In this document: piece after piece, positions 19,150-28,747 of the stretch | Numbering within the stretch: position 1 is the stretch's first letter | Layout: each line of letters starts with the position of its first letter | Assembly (NCBI GenBank): GCA_963822445.1 | Contig: CAWGHO010000003.1 | Location: forward strand, 960,001 to 1,024,000 | Length of the DNA: 64,000 nucleotides | Direction: 5' to 3' | Source: an uncultured Acidobacteriota bacterium | GTDB lineage: Bacteria; Acidobacteriota; Thermoanaerobaculia; Gp7-AA8 | The notes under the pieces: generated by a model | Database searches by the model: none | Told to the model about the DNA's origin: nothing | What the model saw: only the letters and a program-made list of their open reading frames with translations | Program-made: the position numbers and the translations under genes

Positions 19150-20862
19150 GTGGAACGGGGTCTTCTCGAGCATGCGCGTGGCGAACGGATCATCGCCACC
19201 GGCCGGGTCATGCTGGCGATATTCACCACTCTGGTCGTCTATGTCGACCCGGATGTGAGTGATTCGCAGCTCCGGCTGCTGCCGATTACGGCCGGTTTCG
19301 CTGTTTATGCCATTCTGGTGGGTCTCGTCGGATGGCGCGCCCCGGTGGTCGCCGTGCGCGCCAGGCTCCTGGTTCACATCGTCGATTTCCTGCTCTTCTC
19401 CACCTTTATCGAGCTAACCCACGCATCGGTCAGCCCGTTTTTCATCTTTTTTCTCTTTTCACTCCTCTCGGCGCTGCTCCGGTTCGGAGTGAGGGGAATG
19501 TTGATCACCGCGGCGGTGTCCATCGCGACGTACGTCGGCCTCGCAACGACCGACGCGATGATCCGCAGCGATCCCGGTTACCTGATCATGAGGGTCACGT
19601 CGCTCAGCGTGGCCACGTTGCTGCTCGCATACGTCGGCGCGTACTACGAGCGGGTCCGGACCGAGCTCACGAAGCTGGCTGCGTGGCCGCCTCTCGTCTC
19701 CGATCAGACCGAGCCGATGATTCGCGAGACGCTGCTCCTCGTCCGTGACCTGATGGCGGCACCAAGGACGCTGCTGGTCTGGGAAGAGGAGGAAGAACCC
19801 TGGACGACCGTGGCCATGCTCGCCGATGGTGAGCTGGAGATGACGCGCGAGGCACCAGGCTTTCTGGAGATGATGGTGAGCGCCGCCGCGCGCGAAGCGA
19901 CGTTCCTCGAGCGCAACGGCCGCGATACGACAGCGCTGCTGGTGACCGACCGCGGAACGCGGCGCGAAGGGACATCGGCACTCACGCCGGAGGGCGCGGC
20001 ACGATTTCGTCCCCAGGCGATGCTCTCCGCGCCGGTGCGGGGACAGACGATCAGCGGCCGGATCTTCTTCTTCGATCGGAACGACGTACAGGTGGACGAT
20101 GTCGTCGTGGTGGAGATCGTGGCCCGGCTCGTGGCGGCACGTCTCGATCAGCTCAACATCGCCCTCCGCACGCGCTTCGCGGCGGTGGCACAGGAGCGCC
20201 TGCGCATGGCCCGCGATCTCCACGACGGGTTTCTGCAGTCCCTGACCGCCGCCTCGCTGCAGCTCGAAATGACGAACCGGCTGATCGAAACCGACCCGGC
20301 TTCGGCGCGCGCCCGGCTGCAGAACGTGCAGGATCTCATCGCCGCCGACCAGTCCGAGTTGCGCTCGCTGATCAACGCCCTCCGCCCCGAGGCGGCATTG
20401 CCCCGAAAGACCCTCGCCGCTCGTCTCGAGGAACTGGCCGAGCGCCTGCGCCGGCAGTGGGACGTGGAGGTGGCAATCACCATCGAGTCCTCGGCGGTGG
20501 GTCTCCCGGACGACCTCGCGTCGGAGATCTACAACATCATCACCGAAGGCGCGGTCAACGCCGCGAAGCACGGACGCGCGTCGCGAATCGGGGTGGAGCT
20601 CTACACGGATGCAGCCGAGATCGCGATGATCGTCGCCGACGACGGTACGGGGTTTTCGTTCACGGGCGCATACACGCTCGAGGAATTGAACATGGATCGC
20701 CGCGGACCGGTGACGCTGAAGGAACGGGTCGCGGCACTCGGCGGCGATCTGATGCTCTACTCCACGCCGAAGGGCTCCCGCGTCGACATCCGCCTGGGCC
20801 GCGGGCTGGCGTCGAGTCCTGCTACTCTCCAACGCGATGCCGATACGAATCGTCCTGGCTGA
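19150..20862 (+). CDS. Membrane sensor histidine kinase (HisKA_3)
   Basis: About 6 TM segments, GAF-like region, ERLRMARDLHDG, EGAVNAAKHG, DDGTGF. Confidence 0.9.
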   Translation: MERGLLEHARGERIIATGRVMLAIFTTLVVYVDPDVSDSQLRLLPITAGFAVYAILVGLVGWRAPVVAVRARLLVHIVDFLLFSTFIELTHASVSPFFIFFLFSLLSALLRFGVRGMLITAAVSIATYVGLATTDAMIRSDPGYLIMRVTSLSVATLLLAYVGAYYERVRTELTKLAAWPPLVSDQTEPMIRETLLLVRDLMAAPRTLLVWEEEEEPWTTVAMLADGELEMTREAPGFLEMMVSAAAREATFLERNGRDTTALLVTDRGTRREGTSALTPEGAARFRPQAMLSAPVRGQTISGRIFFFDRNDVQVDDVVVVEIVARLVAARLDQLNIALRTRFAAVAQERLRMARDLHDGFLQSLTAASLQLEMTNRLIETDPASARARLQNVQDLIAADQSELRSLINALRPEAALPRKTLAARLEELAERLRRQWDVEVAITIESSAVGLPDDLASEIYNIITEGAVNAAKHGRASRIGVELYTDAAEIAMIVADDGTGFSFTGAYTLEELNMDRRGPVTLKERVAALGGDLMLYSTPKGSRVDIRLGRGLASSPATLQRDADTNRPG

Positions 20863-21475
20863 TGACCATCGCATCGTGCTCGATGGACTCGCCCAGCTGC
20901 TGTCGCTGGAGAGCGACTTCGACATCCTGCTGCGATGCACCGACGGCACGGAGGCGCTGGCGGCGGTCGAGCGCGCGCGGCCTGACGTTCTCATCGCCGA
21001 TGTGAAGATGCCCGGGCTCACCGGGCTGGAGCTCCTTCGACGACTTCACGAGAGCGGAAGCGCCACGCGAGTCGTGCTGCTGACGGCCCAGATGACCGAC
21101 AGCCAGGTGGTGGAAGCGGTGCGCATGAATGTCGGCGGGATCGTTCTGAAAGAGTCGGCGTCGCGGACGCTCGTGCAGTGCGTCCGGGTGGTTGCCGGCG
21201 GCGATCGCTGGCTCGATCAGGAGACCATTCACAGCGCGCTCGAGTCGATGCTGCGCCGGGAGGCTGGGATCGCCCGCGCGAGCAAGACCCTCACGAAGCG
21301 CGAGCTCGAGATCGTGCGCATGGTGGCCACGGGACTGCGCAACAAGCAGATCGCCGACAAGCTCACCATCACCGAGGGGACCGTGAAGATGCATCTGCAC
21401 TCGATCTACGAGAAGCTGAACATCTCCGGCCGCGTCGAGCTGAGCAACTACGCGCGCGAGAACGAGCTCGCCTGA
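20837..21475 (+). CDS. NarL/LuxR-family response regulator
   Basis: IVLADDH...DVKMPG; LTKRELEI...GLRNKQIADKLTITEGTVKMHL. Confidence 0.95.
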   Translation: MPIRIVLADDHRIVLDGLAQLLSLESDFDILLRCTDGTEALAAVERARPDVLIADVKMPGLTGLELLRRLHESGSATRVVLLTAQMTDSQVVEAVRMNVGGIVLKESASRTLVQCVRVVAGGDRWLDQETIHSALESMLRREAGIARASKTLTKRELEIVRMVATGLRNKQIADKLTITEGTVKMHLHSIYEKLNISGRVELSNYARENELA

Positions 21476-21484
21476 ACGGAACCG

Positions 21485-21500
21485 TATACCCATCGGTATA
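21485..21500. promoter_or_regulatory. Putative NarL/LuxR-family operator
   Basis: Perfect TATACC-catc-GGTATA upstream of the secreted-protein gene. Confidence 0.55.
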
Positions 21501-21657
21501 TTGCGGTCGCAGCGCGCCGCGCCTATCTTGCGCCTGTCCGGAACACTTCAGCGTCCTGTCCCAACAACTGAGCGAAACGCAGCAAACGCCAGAGAGAGTC
21601 TGGCTTCAGAGAAGAACTACGCCGTCAACGCCCGCACGACCAGAGGAGAGAGATCAC

Positions 21658-22170
21658 ATGAGACACATTCTCGTAGTTTTGGCAGCAATCGCCATCGTCG
21701 CCGTACCCACGTTCGCCGCGGTCACGTTGAACCCGTCCACAATGACCGGCTTCGTCGGCAAAGGCGACGTCCAGCTGGCCTTCGGCTGGAACAACAAACA
21801 GATGCAGCAGAATCAGGACGGGGTCGGCTTCTACTACGAAGCCAGCGCCACGTATCAGCAGAGCTGCATCAAGGAAACGCAGCGCCACACGATCAGGCAC
21901 GTCTACACGAAAAAAGCGGCGATCGCCACGGAGATCAGCCGGGACGCGCGCCAGAAGAACCAGATGGTCGGGTACATCCTGACCGGAGCGGACGTGCAGG
22001 ACGACAGCGGCGCGCCTTTGAACGTCTGCCCGGGCGGCTTCGACGTGGATCTCGACGGTGAATTCCCGGTTCCGACACTGGTCGAAGGGGAGAGCGTCAG
22101 TGGTCTCTACACGACCTACGGCGACTCCAAAGTGCAGCTGACCTGGCCGGTCGTCGTCGTCCTTCCGTAA
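21658..22170 (+). CDS. Secreted hypothetical protein (GFVGKGDVQxAFGWNN motif)
   Basis: GAGGAG RBS, ATG 21658, signal peptide MRHILVVLAAIAIVAVPTFA. Confidence 0.75.
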   Translation: MRHILVVLAAIAIVAVPTFAAVTLNPSTMTGFVGKGDVQLAFGWNNKQMQQNQDGVGFYYEASATYQQSCIKETQRHTIRHVYTKKAAIATEISRDARQKNQMVGYILTGADVQDDSGAPLNVCPGGFDVDLDGEFPVPTLVEGESVSGLYTTYGDSKVQLTWPVVVVLP

Positions 22171-22197
22171 CCTGCGCCGCCAACGCCGTCTCGCATC

Positions 22198-22235
22198 CGC
22201 CTCCTTCGCCATGCGGCGAAGGAGGCGTTTCTGTT
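22198..22235 (+). terminator. Intrinsic terminator between convergent genes
   Basis: cgcctccttcgcc-atgc-ggcgaaggaggcg followed by tttctgtt. Confidence 0.75.
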
Positions 22236-22252
22236 CATGCGGCTGGCCGGCA

Positions 22253-22906
22253 CTACACCACGCCGTCTTCCACGTTCTTGAGGTGGAACGACAGCGATTC
22301 GAGGTTAATGCGGAGGTCGACCGACTTCACTTTGACCGAAGGCCGCAGCTTCAGCTGCACCGGCGCGAAGTTGAGGATGGCGTGCAGGCCGGCATCCGCG
22401 AACGCTTCGTACACGCCCTGCGCAGCTTCCGCGGTCACGGCGATGATCCCGATCTCCACGCGGTTCCTCTTCACCAGCTCGGGCAGGCGATCGGCCGGCA
22501 GGACGGGGATTCCGGCGCGGGACGTGCGGCCGACCTTGGCCGGGTCGCTGTCGATCATGCCGGTGATGTGGAAGCCGTTGCTGTTGAATCCCGCGTAATC
22601 GGCGAGGGCCATGCCCAGATTTCCGGCGCCGGCGATGATTACGTTGCGCGTGCGGTCGATGCCCAGCTCCTGCACGAGCTGCTGCTTGAGGCGGGAGACG
22701 TCGTATCCGACGCCGCGCGTGCCGAACTCGCCGAAGCAGGCCAGGTCCTTCCGGATCTGCGCGGAATTGAGGTGGAAGCGATCGGCCATCTCGTGCGAGG
22801 AGACGGTCTTCTGCCCCTGGACCTCGAGGAAAGTCAGGCAGCGGAGGTAGACGGAGAGCCGTCCGGTGGTGAGCTCCGAAATCGCTTCGCGGTCATTCGT
22901 GGCCAT
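22253..22906 (-). CDS. rex: Redox-sensing transcriptional repressor Rex
   Basis: RLSVYLR...SAQIRKDL..FGEFGTRGVGY; GAGNLG; ILNFAP. Confidence 0.96.
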   Translation of the reverse strand: MATNDREAISELTTGRLSVYLRCLTFLEVQGQKTVSSHEMADRFHLNSAQIRKDLACFGEFGTRGVGYDVSRLKQQLVQELGIDRTRNVIIAGAGNLGMALADYAGFNSNGFHITGMIDSDPAKVGRTSRAGIPVLPADRLPELVKRNRVEIGIIAVTAEAAQGVYEAFADAGLHAILNFAPVQLKLRPSVKVKSVDLRINLESLSFHLKNVEDGVV

Positions 22907-22913
22907 GCACGGT

Positions 22914-24374
22914 TCAATGCTGCAACAGCACCCGCGCCGCGTTGTTCGCGGCCTGGAACAGGGGCGTGGGATAGAGGCCGATGGCCAGGATTCCCACGAT
23001 GGCGATGGTCAATCCACCAGCCGCAAACACTCCACCAACAGGAGTCGCCGCAAACCCCTCGGACGGCTCTTTCATGTAGAGGTAGTAGACGACGCGCAGG
23101 TAGTAGTAGACCGAGACGATGCTGGTGAGGATGCCGATCAGCGCGACCGCGGTGTGGCCGGACTCGATGGCGGTCTTGAAGATGTAGAACTTCGACATGA
23201 ATCCCGCAGTCGGTGGTAGGCCGGACAGCGAGAACATGCAGATGGCCAGCGCGAAGCCGTAGAACTTGCGGCGGAAGCCGAGGCCGGCGATGTCGTCGAG
23301 GGTCTGGGGATCGTTCTGATTCTTCATCAGCAGCGAGACCACGCCGAACGCGCCGATGTTCATCAGGGCGTAGGTGATCGTGTAAACCGCGACCGCGGCG
23401 ACGGAATCTTCGCGCACGGTGAGCATGCCGATGGTCATGTAGCCGACGTGAGCGATGCCTGAGTAGGCGAGCATGCGCTTGAGGTCGCGCTGCACGATGG
23501 CCACGGCATTGCCGACGATCATCGAGAGCACCGCCAGCGCGGCGACCATGGTCATCCAGTTGACGCGCGGCAGGATCGGATTCATCGCGTCGAACAAACG
23601 AACCAGCGCGATGAGCGTCGCGGCTTTCGGCGCGACGGAAAGCCACCCGGCGACAGGCGACGGAGCGCCTTGATAAACGTCCGGAGCCCATGGGTGGAAC
23701 GGAGCGAGGGCGAGCTTGAAACCGAAGCCGGCCATCATCAGCACGAAAGCGACCGTCAACAGCGGCGTCGCTTCATTCGCCGCAAACCAGCCGGCCATCT
23801 TGGTGACGTTCGTCGATGCGGTCGCGCCGTAAAACAGGGCGGTTCCGTAGAGGATAAAGCCCGTCGCGAACGCGCCCATGAGGAAGTACTTGAGGCTGGC
23901 CTCGTTCGAGATCGGGAGCTTCCGGTGATAGCCGAGGAGCACGAAGATGCAGACGGAGAGAATCTCCAGCCCGAGGATCACGATGAGAAGATCGAGGCCC
24001 TTGGCCATCATCATCATCCCCACCGTGCCCCACATCAGCAGCGCGTAGTACTCGCCGCCTTCGATGCCTTCCCGCTCGAGGTACTCGCGCGAGAACAGCA
24101 GGGCCATCATCCCGGCGAGCAGAAAGGTGAGGTCGAAGATCATCGTGATCGCGCTGATCTCGTAAGTCCCGCCGAAGAACGTACCGCCTTGCACGAAGAG
24201 GTTCTCGACCCAGGCCGTGGCGATGAAGATCAGAAGCGCCAGCGGAGCGAGGGCGCCTTTTGCGCGAGGCAGGAAGGCGTCGAAGAGGATCAGCAGCATG
24301 CCGCCGCCGCAGAGAATCAGCTCGGGGAGGATCGCCCACTGCCAGCCCGGTTCGAGGAGAGGCTGCAACGTCAT
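22914..24374 (-). CDS. nuoN: NADH-quinone oxidoreductase subunit N
   Basis: EASLKYF, FKLALAPFHPWAPDVYQGAP, KRMLAYSGIAH, GLPPTAGF. Confidence 0.95.
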   Translation of the reverse strand: MTLQPLLEPGWQWAILPELILCGGGMLLILFDAFLPRAKGALAPLALLIFIATAWVENLFVQGGTFFGGTYEISAITMIFDLTFLLAGMMALLFSREYLEREGIEGGEYYALLMWGTVGMMMMAKGLDLLIVILGLEILSVCIFVLLGYHRKLPISNEASLKYFLMGAFATGFILYGTALFYGATASTNVTKMAGWFAANEATPLLTVAFVLMMAGFGFKLALAPFHPWAPDVYQGAPSPVAGWLSVAPKAATLIALVRLFDAMNPILPRVNWMTMVAALAVLSMIVGNAVAIVQRDLKRMLAYSGIAHVGYMTIGMLTVREDSVAAVAVYTITYALMNIGAFGVVSLLMKNQNDPQTLDDIAGLGFRRKFYGFALAICMFSLSGLPPTAGFMSKFYIFKTAIESGHTAVALIGILTSIVSVYYYLRVVYYLYMKEPSEGFAATPVGGVFAAGGLTIAIVGILAIGLYPTPLFQAANNAARVLLQH

Positions 24375-25918
24375 CGCGCAGCTCCTTGTACGACAGGCAC
24401 GCTTGCCTGTCGTGCGGCGACCATCGTCTGCGGTCCGCCGCTGGGGCTATGCACCGCCGTGAGCAGATGTTTGACGCTCGGCTCCATCTTTTTGAGGAAC
24501 GTATTCGGGTGCACGCCGATCCACACCATGAAGATCACCAGCGGCACGACCGCCGCGATCTCGTTCCAGGCGATCTCGGGGATGTTCTTGTTTTCCTCGT
24601 TCGTGATCGGGCCGAAGAAGACCTTCTGCACGAGCCACAGGAGATAGATCGCCGCGAGGATGACGCCGCTCGTGGCGATGATCGTCGCCACCGGCGCGGT
24701 CTTGAACGAGCCGGACAGAATCAGGAACTCGCCGATGAATCCGTTCAGGCCGGGCAACCCGACCGAGGAGAGCACGGCGATGATGAAGAACGTGGTAAAG
24801 ACCGGCATCGTCCGTCCGATGCCGCCGTAGTCCGCGAGCAGCCGCGTGTGGCGCCGCTCGTAAACGACGCCGACCAGAAGGAAGAGCGCCCCGGTGGACA
24901 GGCCGTGATTGACCATCTGCAGGATCGAGCCTTCGATCGCGGTCTGGTTCATGGCGAAGATGCCCAGCACGCAGAATCCGAGGTGAGAGACCGAAGAGTA
25001 AGCGACGAGCTTCTTCATGTCCGGCTGCACCCAGGCCACGAGCGCGCCGTAGATGATGCCGATCACCGAGAGGGCGATCATCAATCCCGCCCACCGCGCC
25101 GATGATTCGGGGAAGAACGGCAGGACGAAGCGCAGGAAACCGTACGTCCCCATCTTCAGCATGACGCCGGCGAGGATGATCGAGCCGCCGGTCGGCGCTT
25201 CGACGTGCGCGTCGGGAAGCCAGGTGTGCAGCGGGAACAGCGGGACCTTGATCGCGAAGGCGAGCGCGAACGCGAAGAAGAGCAGCATCTGCGCTTTTGG
25301 CAGCAGCTGCGTGCCGTACAGATCGAGGATGTAGAACGTCGGCAAGCCGGTCTGGTGATAGTTCTGGAAGACGAGGTAGATGATCGCCAGCAGCATCAGC
25401 AGCGATCCGGCGATGGTGAAGAGGAAGAACTTCACCGCGGCGTAGATGCGATTCGCGCCGCCCCACACGCCGATGACCAGGTACATCGGCAGGAGCATGA
25501 GCTCGAAGAAGATGTAGAAGAGGAGGAGGTCCGTGGCCAGGAACGCGCCGATCATGGCCGTTTCCATGACCAGGAAGGAGATCAGGTACTCCTTCGGATG
25601 CTTGTGCAGCGAGTTCCAGCCGGCGAGGAAGATCAGCGGCACGAGGAACGTCGTCAGCAGCACGAGCCACAGCGAGATGCCGTCGATGCCCAGGCTGTAG
25701 TTGATGCCCCACTGCGGGATCCAGGGCTTGTTCTCGACGAATTGAAAGCCCGCCTGCGCGTCGTCCCAGCCGCGTAAGACGCCGAGGGAGATGATGAACG
25801 TGGCTACCGACACGGCCAGGGCGAAGCCTTTGACGGCCGTCGCCGCTGCGCGCGGAAAGAACGCGAGGATGATCGCGCCCGCGAGGGGGAGCCAGAGAAA
25901 TGTGCTCAATAAGGGCAT
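24371..25918 (-). CDS. nuoM: NADH-quinone oxidoreductase subunit M
   Basis: IKVPLFPLHTWLPDAHVEAPTGGS, KKLVAYSSVSH, GLPGLNGFIGEF. Confidence 0.96.
   Translation of the reverse strand: MPLLSTFLWLPLAGAIILAFFPRAAATAVKGFALAVSVATFIISLGVLRGWDDAQAGFQFVENKPWIPQWGINYSLGIDGISLWLVLLTTFLVPLIFLAGWNSLHKHPKEYLISFLVMETAMIGAFLATDLLLFYIFFELMLLPMYLVIGVWGGANRIYAAVKFFLFTIAGSLLMLLAIIYLVFQNYHQTGLPTFYILDLYGTQLLPKAQMLLFFAFALAFAIKVPLFPLHTWLPDAHVEAPTGGSIILAGVMLKMGTYGFLRFVLPFFPESSARWAGLMIALSVIGIIYGALVAWVQPDMKKLVAYSSVSHLGFCVLGIFAMNQTAIEGSILQMVNHGLSTGALFLLVGVVYERRHTRLLADYGGIGRTMPVFTTFFIIAVLSSVGLPGLNGFIGEFLILSGSFKTAPVATIIATSGVILAAIYLLWLVQKVFFGPITNEENKNIPEIAWNEIAAVVPLVIFMVWIGVHPNTFLKKMEPSVKHLLTAVHSPSGGPQTMVAARQASVPVVQGAAR
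24388..24415. repeat. GACAGGCA-N4-TGCCTGTC palindrome inside the nuoM 3' end
   Basis: gtacgacaggca-cgct-tgcctgtcgtgc; same core as 49673-49704. Confidence 0.65.
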
Positions 25919-25927
25919 TGATGACCT

Positions 25928-27850
25928 TTAAACAAAAAACACCATGAACACCACCACGCCGACGACGAACATCAGCGCGTAGTTGCGAACGTTGCCGGTC
26001 TGGAAGAAGCGCATCACGTCGCCGAACATCCGCACGCCGAAGCCGAGCATGGCCGCGAGGCCGTCGATCAATGCGTCGACGCCCTTCCAGAAGAAACGGG
26101 AGAGAGCCGCGAGCGGGCGGACGATGATCGCCGCGTACAGCTCGTCGACGTACCACTTGTTCTCGATCGCCCGCGCCAGGCCCGGCGCTTTCTGTTCGAA
26201 CGCGACGTCGGACGCCAGCTGCTTGTCTTTGTAGAGGCTCCTCGCAACCAGCCAGCCAGCAATCGCCACGATCGTCGAAATCAGCGCGATGATCCCCTCG
26301 GTCTTCGGATCGAGGTGAAGCGCATGCCCGACGCCGGGGATGTCCGGGATCACCGGATGCAGCCATGACGAGAGCGACCAGCCGTGCCAGATGAAGTGCG
26401 GAAGCGAGAGCAGGCCGCCGAAGATCGACAGGCCGGCCAGGATCCACAGGGGGATGGTCATCGTGGCCGGCGACTCGTGCAGGTGATGCTCCTGCTCGTG
26501 CGTGCCGCGGAAATCGCCGTGGAACGTGAGGTACACCAGCCGGTACATGTAGAACGCCGTGCAGAACGCGGCGAGGGTTCCTAGAAGCCAGACGAACTTG
26601 CCGATACCGGGGAAGTAAGGCGTCGACCAGGCCGAGACGAGGATCTCGTCCTTCGAGAAGAAGCCCGCGGCCAGCGGCAGGCCGGCAATCGCGTATGTGG
26701 CGATGGCGAAGGTCAGATACGTCTGTTTGATCTTCGACTTCAGACCGCCCATGTTGCGGATGTCCTGCTCGCCGCTCATCGCGTGAATGACCGAGCCTGA
26801 TCCGAGGAAGAGGCAGGCCTTGAAGAAGGCATGGGTGACGAGATGGAACACGCCCGCGCTGAATGCGCCGACGCCGACGCCGATGAACATGAAGCCGAGC
26901 TGGGAGACGGTGGAGTAGGCGAGGACTTTCTTGATGTCGAACTGGCGGAGGCCGATCGTCGCCGCGAACAGCGCCGTCAATCCGCCGACGATCGCCACGA
27001 CGGCCATCGCCGTCGGAGAGAGGCGATAGAGCACGTTCGAGCGGGCGATCATGTAGACGCCCGCGGTGACCATCGTCGCGGCGTGGATCAGAGCGGAAAC
27101 CGGAGTCGGTCCCGCCATCGCGTCCGGAAGCCAGACGTACAGAGGCAATTGCGCTGACTTGCCGCACGCGCCGAGGAAGAGAAGGAGGCAGATCGCGGTG
27201 ACGATGCCTGTCGCTATGCCACCGCCCGCTGCCACCTGCTGCACCTTCGCGTAGTCGACGCTGCCGATGTACGCGAACATCAGGAACATGGCGATGAGGA
27301 AGCCGAAGTCGCCGATGCGGTTGACGACGAAGGCCTTCTTGCCCGCCGCGGGCGCGTAGTCAGTCTGGTAGTAGAAGCCGATCAGCAGGTACGAGCAGAG
27401 GCCTACGCCTTCCCACCCGACGAACATGAACAGGTAGCTGCTCCCGAGAATCAGGATCAGCATCGCCGCGAGGAAGAGGTTGAGGTAGGCGAAGTAGCGC
27501 CAGTAGCCCTCGTCGTCGTGCATGTAGCCGACGGAGTAGACGTGAATGAGGAAGCCGATCCACGTCACCACCATGAGCATGACGATGGAGAGGGGATCGA
27601 GCTGGAAGGCGATGTCGGTCCCGATGCCGCCCGAATTGAACCACTCGTAGACGACGTTCAGGTGCCGCTCGCCGTGATGGTAACGGCCGTTGTACTCAAA
27701 GACCGCCGCGGTGCCGAGGACCGCCGCCGCCAGCGAGGCCAGGATGGCCACGGCGCTGGCGAAGCCCTTGCCGGCGCGTTTGCCGAATAATCCGTTTGCT
27801 AAGAACCCGAGAAAAGGCAGGATCGGGATTAGCCAAAGTTTGTCGAGCAT
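25928..27850 (-). CDS. nuoL: NADH-quinone oxidoreductase subunit L
   Basis: GKSAQLPLYVWLPDAMAGPTPVSALIHAATMV, KKVLAYSTVSQLG. Confidence 0.96.
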   Translation of the reverse strand: MLDKLWLIPILPFLGFLANGLFGKRAGKGFASAVAILASLAAAVLGTAAVFEYNGRYHHGERHLNVVYEWFNSGGIGTDIAFQLDPLSIVMLMVVTWIGFLIHVYSVGYMHDDEGYWRYFAYLNLFLAAMLILILGSSYLFMFVGWEGVGLCSYLLIGFYYQTDYAPAAGKKAFVVNRIGDFGFLIAMFLMFAYIGSVDYAKVQQVAAGGGIATGIVTAICLLLFLGACGKSAQLPLYVWLPDAMAGPTPVSALIHAATMVTAGVYMIARSNVLYRLSPTAMAVVAIVGGLTALFAATIGLRQFDIKKVLAYSTVSQLGFMFIGVGVGAFSAGVFHLVTHAFFKACLFLGSGSVIHAMSGEQDIRNMGGLKSKIKQTYLTFAIATYAIAGLPLAAGFFSKDEILVSAWSTPYFPGIGKFVWLLGTLAAFCTAFYMYRLVYLTFHGDFRGTHEQEHHLHESPATMTIPLWILAGLSIFGGLLSLPHFIWHGWSLSSWLHPVIPDIPGVGHALHLDPKTEGIIALISTIVAIAGWLVARSLYKDKQLASDVAFEQKAPGLARAIENKWYVDELYAAIIVRPLAALSRFFWKGVDALIDGLAAMLGFGVRMFGDVMRFFQTGNVRNYALMFVVGVVVFMVFFV

Positions 27851-27858
27851 GCTTGCGG

Positions 27859-27932
27859 GGTTGTCGGCTTGTCAGGTTGTCAGGTTGCCAGGTGAAAACC
27901 TGACAACCCGATAACCCGACAACCTGACAACC
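27859..27932. repeat. Inverted array of 8-mer tandem repeats (GGTTGTCA)
   Basis: 4x ggttgtca-like, gaaa loop, 4x tgacaacc-like. Confidence 0.85.
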
Positions 27933-27977
27933 AGTCTCCTCACACCGTTTCCGATGCGAGGAGAACCCGCATCGGAA

Positions 27978-28391
27978 CTATCTGTCTTCGTCTCTTACAC
28001 GGTCCCGGTAATCATCCGAAGAGGCCGGATCGAGCTCCCACCGTTTTTTGTCGCGGTCTCGCTCTTTCTCACCGACTTTCAACTCCTCGTTGTCGCTGTA
28101 GGTGACGCCCATCGCCGTGCCGATGTCGTCGACCTGGTTGTTGTCCGGCGTGGTCATGCTGCTGACGGCCGACTCGTCTCCCGAGAACTGCGCGCCTTCC
28201 CACTGGGCATCGACGTCGCCCGCGGTGATCCGTGGATCGGCCAGCGAGTCGTTTTCGAGCCGGTGAGCGAGGCGGGCAGAGCCGGCCGAGACGTCCGGAA
28301 TCGGCGGCTCGATGTCGTCGCTGAGCCCGTTCCGGTTCCGGTCTTCCCGTTCGTTGTCTTCCCAGTCAATGAGCTTTTCCGTCTTGTCCAT
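27978..28391 (-). CDS. Small acidic DUF6335-like protein inserted in the nuo operon
   Basis: ITAGDVDAQWE...GDESAV...TPDNNQVDDIG.AMGV.Y.D.EEL...RDKKRWELDP. Confidence 0.75.
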   Translation of the reverse strand: MDKTEKLIDWEDNEREDRNRNGLSDDIEPPIPDVSAGSARLAHRLENDSLADPRITAGDVDAQWEGAQFSGDESAVSSMTTPDNNQVDDIGTAMGVTYSDNEELKVGEKERDRDKKRWELDPASSDDYRDRVRDEDR

Positions 28392-28417
28392 GTTCAGTGC
28401 TCCTGGGAGCTGAACAT

Positions 28418-28433
28418 TGCGACGGTTGTGCCG
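28418..28433 (-). promoter_or_regulatory. Putative sigma54 (-24/-12) promoter for the DUF6335-like gene
   Basis: Minus strand cGGCACaaccgTcGCA, GG-N10-GC spacing, ~27 nt before the ATG. Confidence 0.55.
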
Positions 28434-28444
28434 TTTGGCACCCT

Positions 28445-28747
28445 CTACCAGTGCATCAGATTCGCTTCATCCACATCGATGGTGTCGCGGTGGTGGAACA
28501 GGGAAATGAAGATGGCCAGCCCCACGGCAGCCTCAGCCGCGGCGACGGCCATGATGAAAAAGACGAACATCAGTCCATGAAGCTGACCGAGCTGTCGCGC
28601 GTAGGCGAGGAACGTCAGATTCACCGCGTTCACCATCAGCTCGATGGACATGAAGATGGTGATGCCGTTCTTGCGGGTCAGCACGCCCATCACCCCGATG
28701 ACGAAGAGGATGGCGCTGAGAATCAGAAAGTAATGCGTCGGGATCAC
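28445..28747 (-). CDS. nuoK: NADH-quinone oxidoreductase subunit K
   Basis: [23 protein letters not shown]. Confidence 0.96.
   Translation of the reverse strand: MIPTHYFLILSAILFVIGVMGVLTRKNGITIFMSIELMVNAVNLTFLAYARQLGQLHGLMFVFFIMAVAAAEAAVGLAIFISLFHHRDTIDVDEANLMHW

Noticed and set aside
27859-27932. CRISPR array from the short repeats
   Set aside because: Units are 7-8 nt, tandem and inverted, with no spacers and no cas genes
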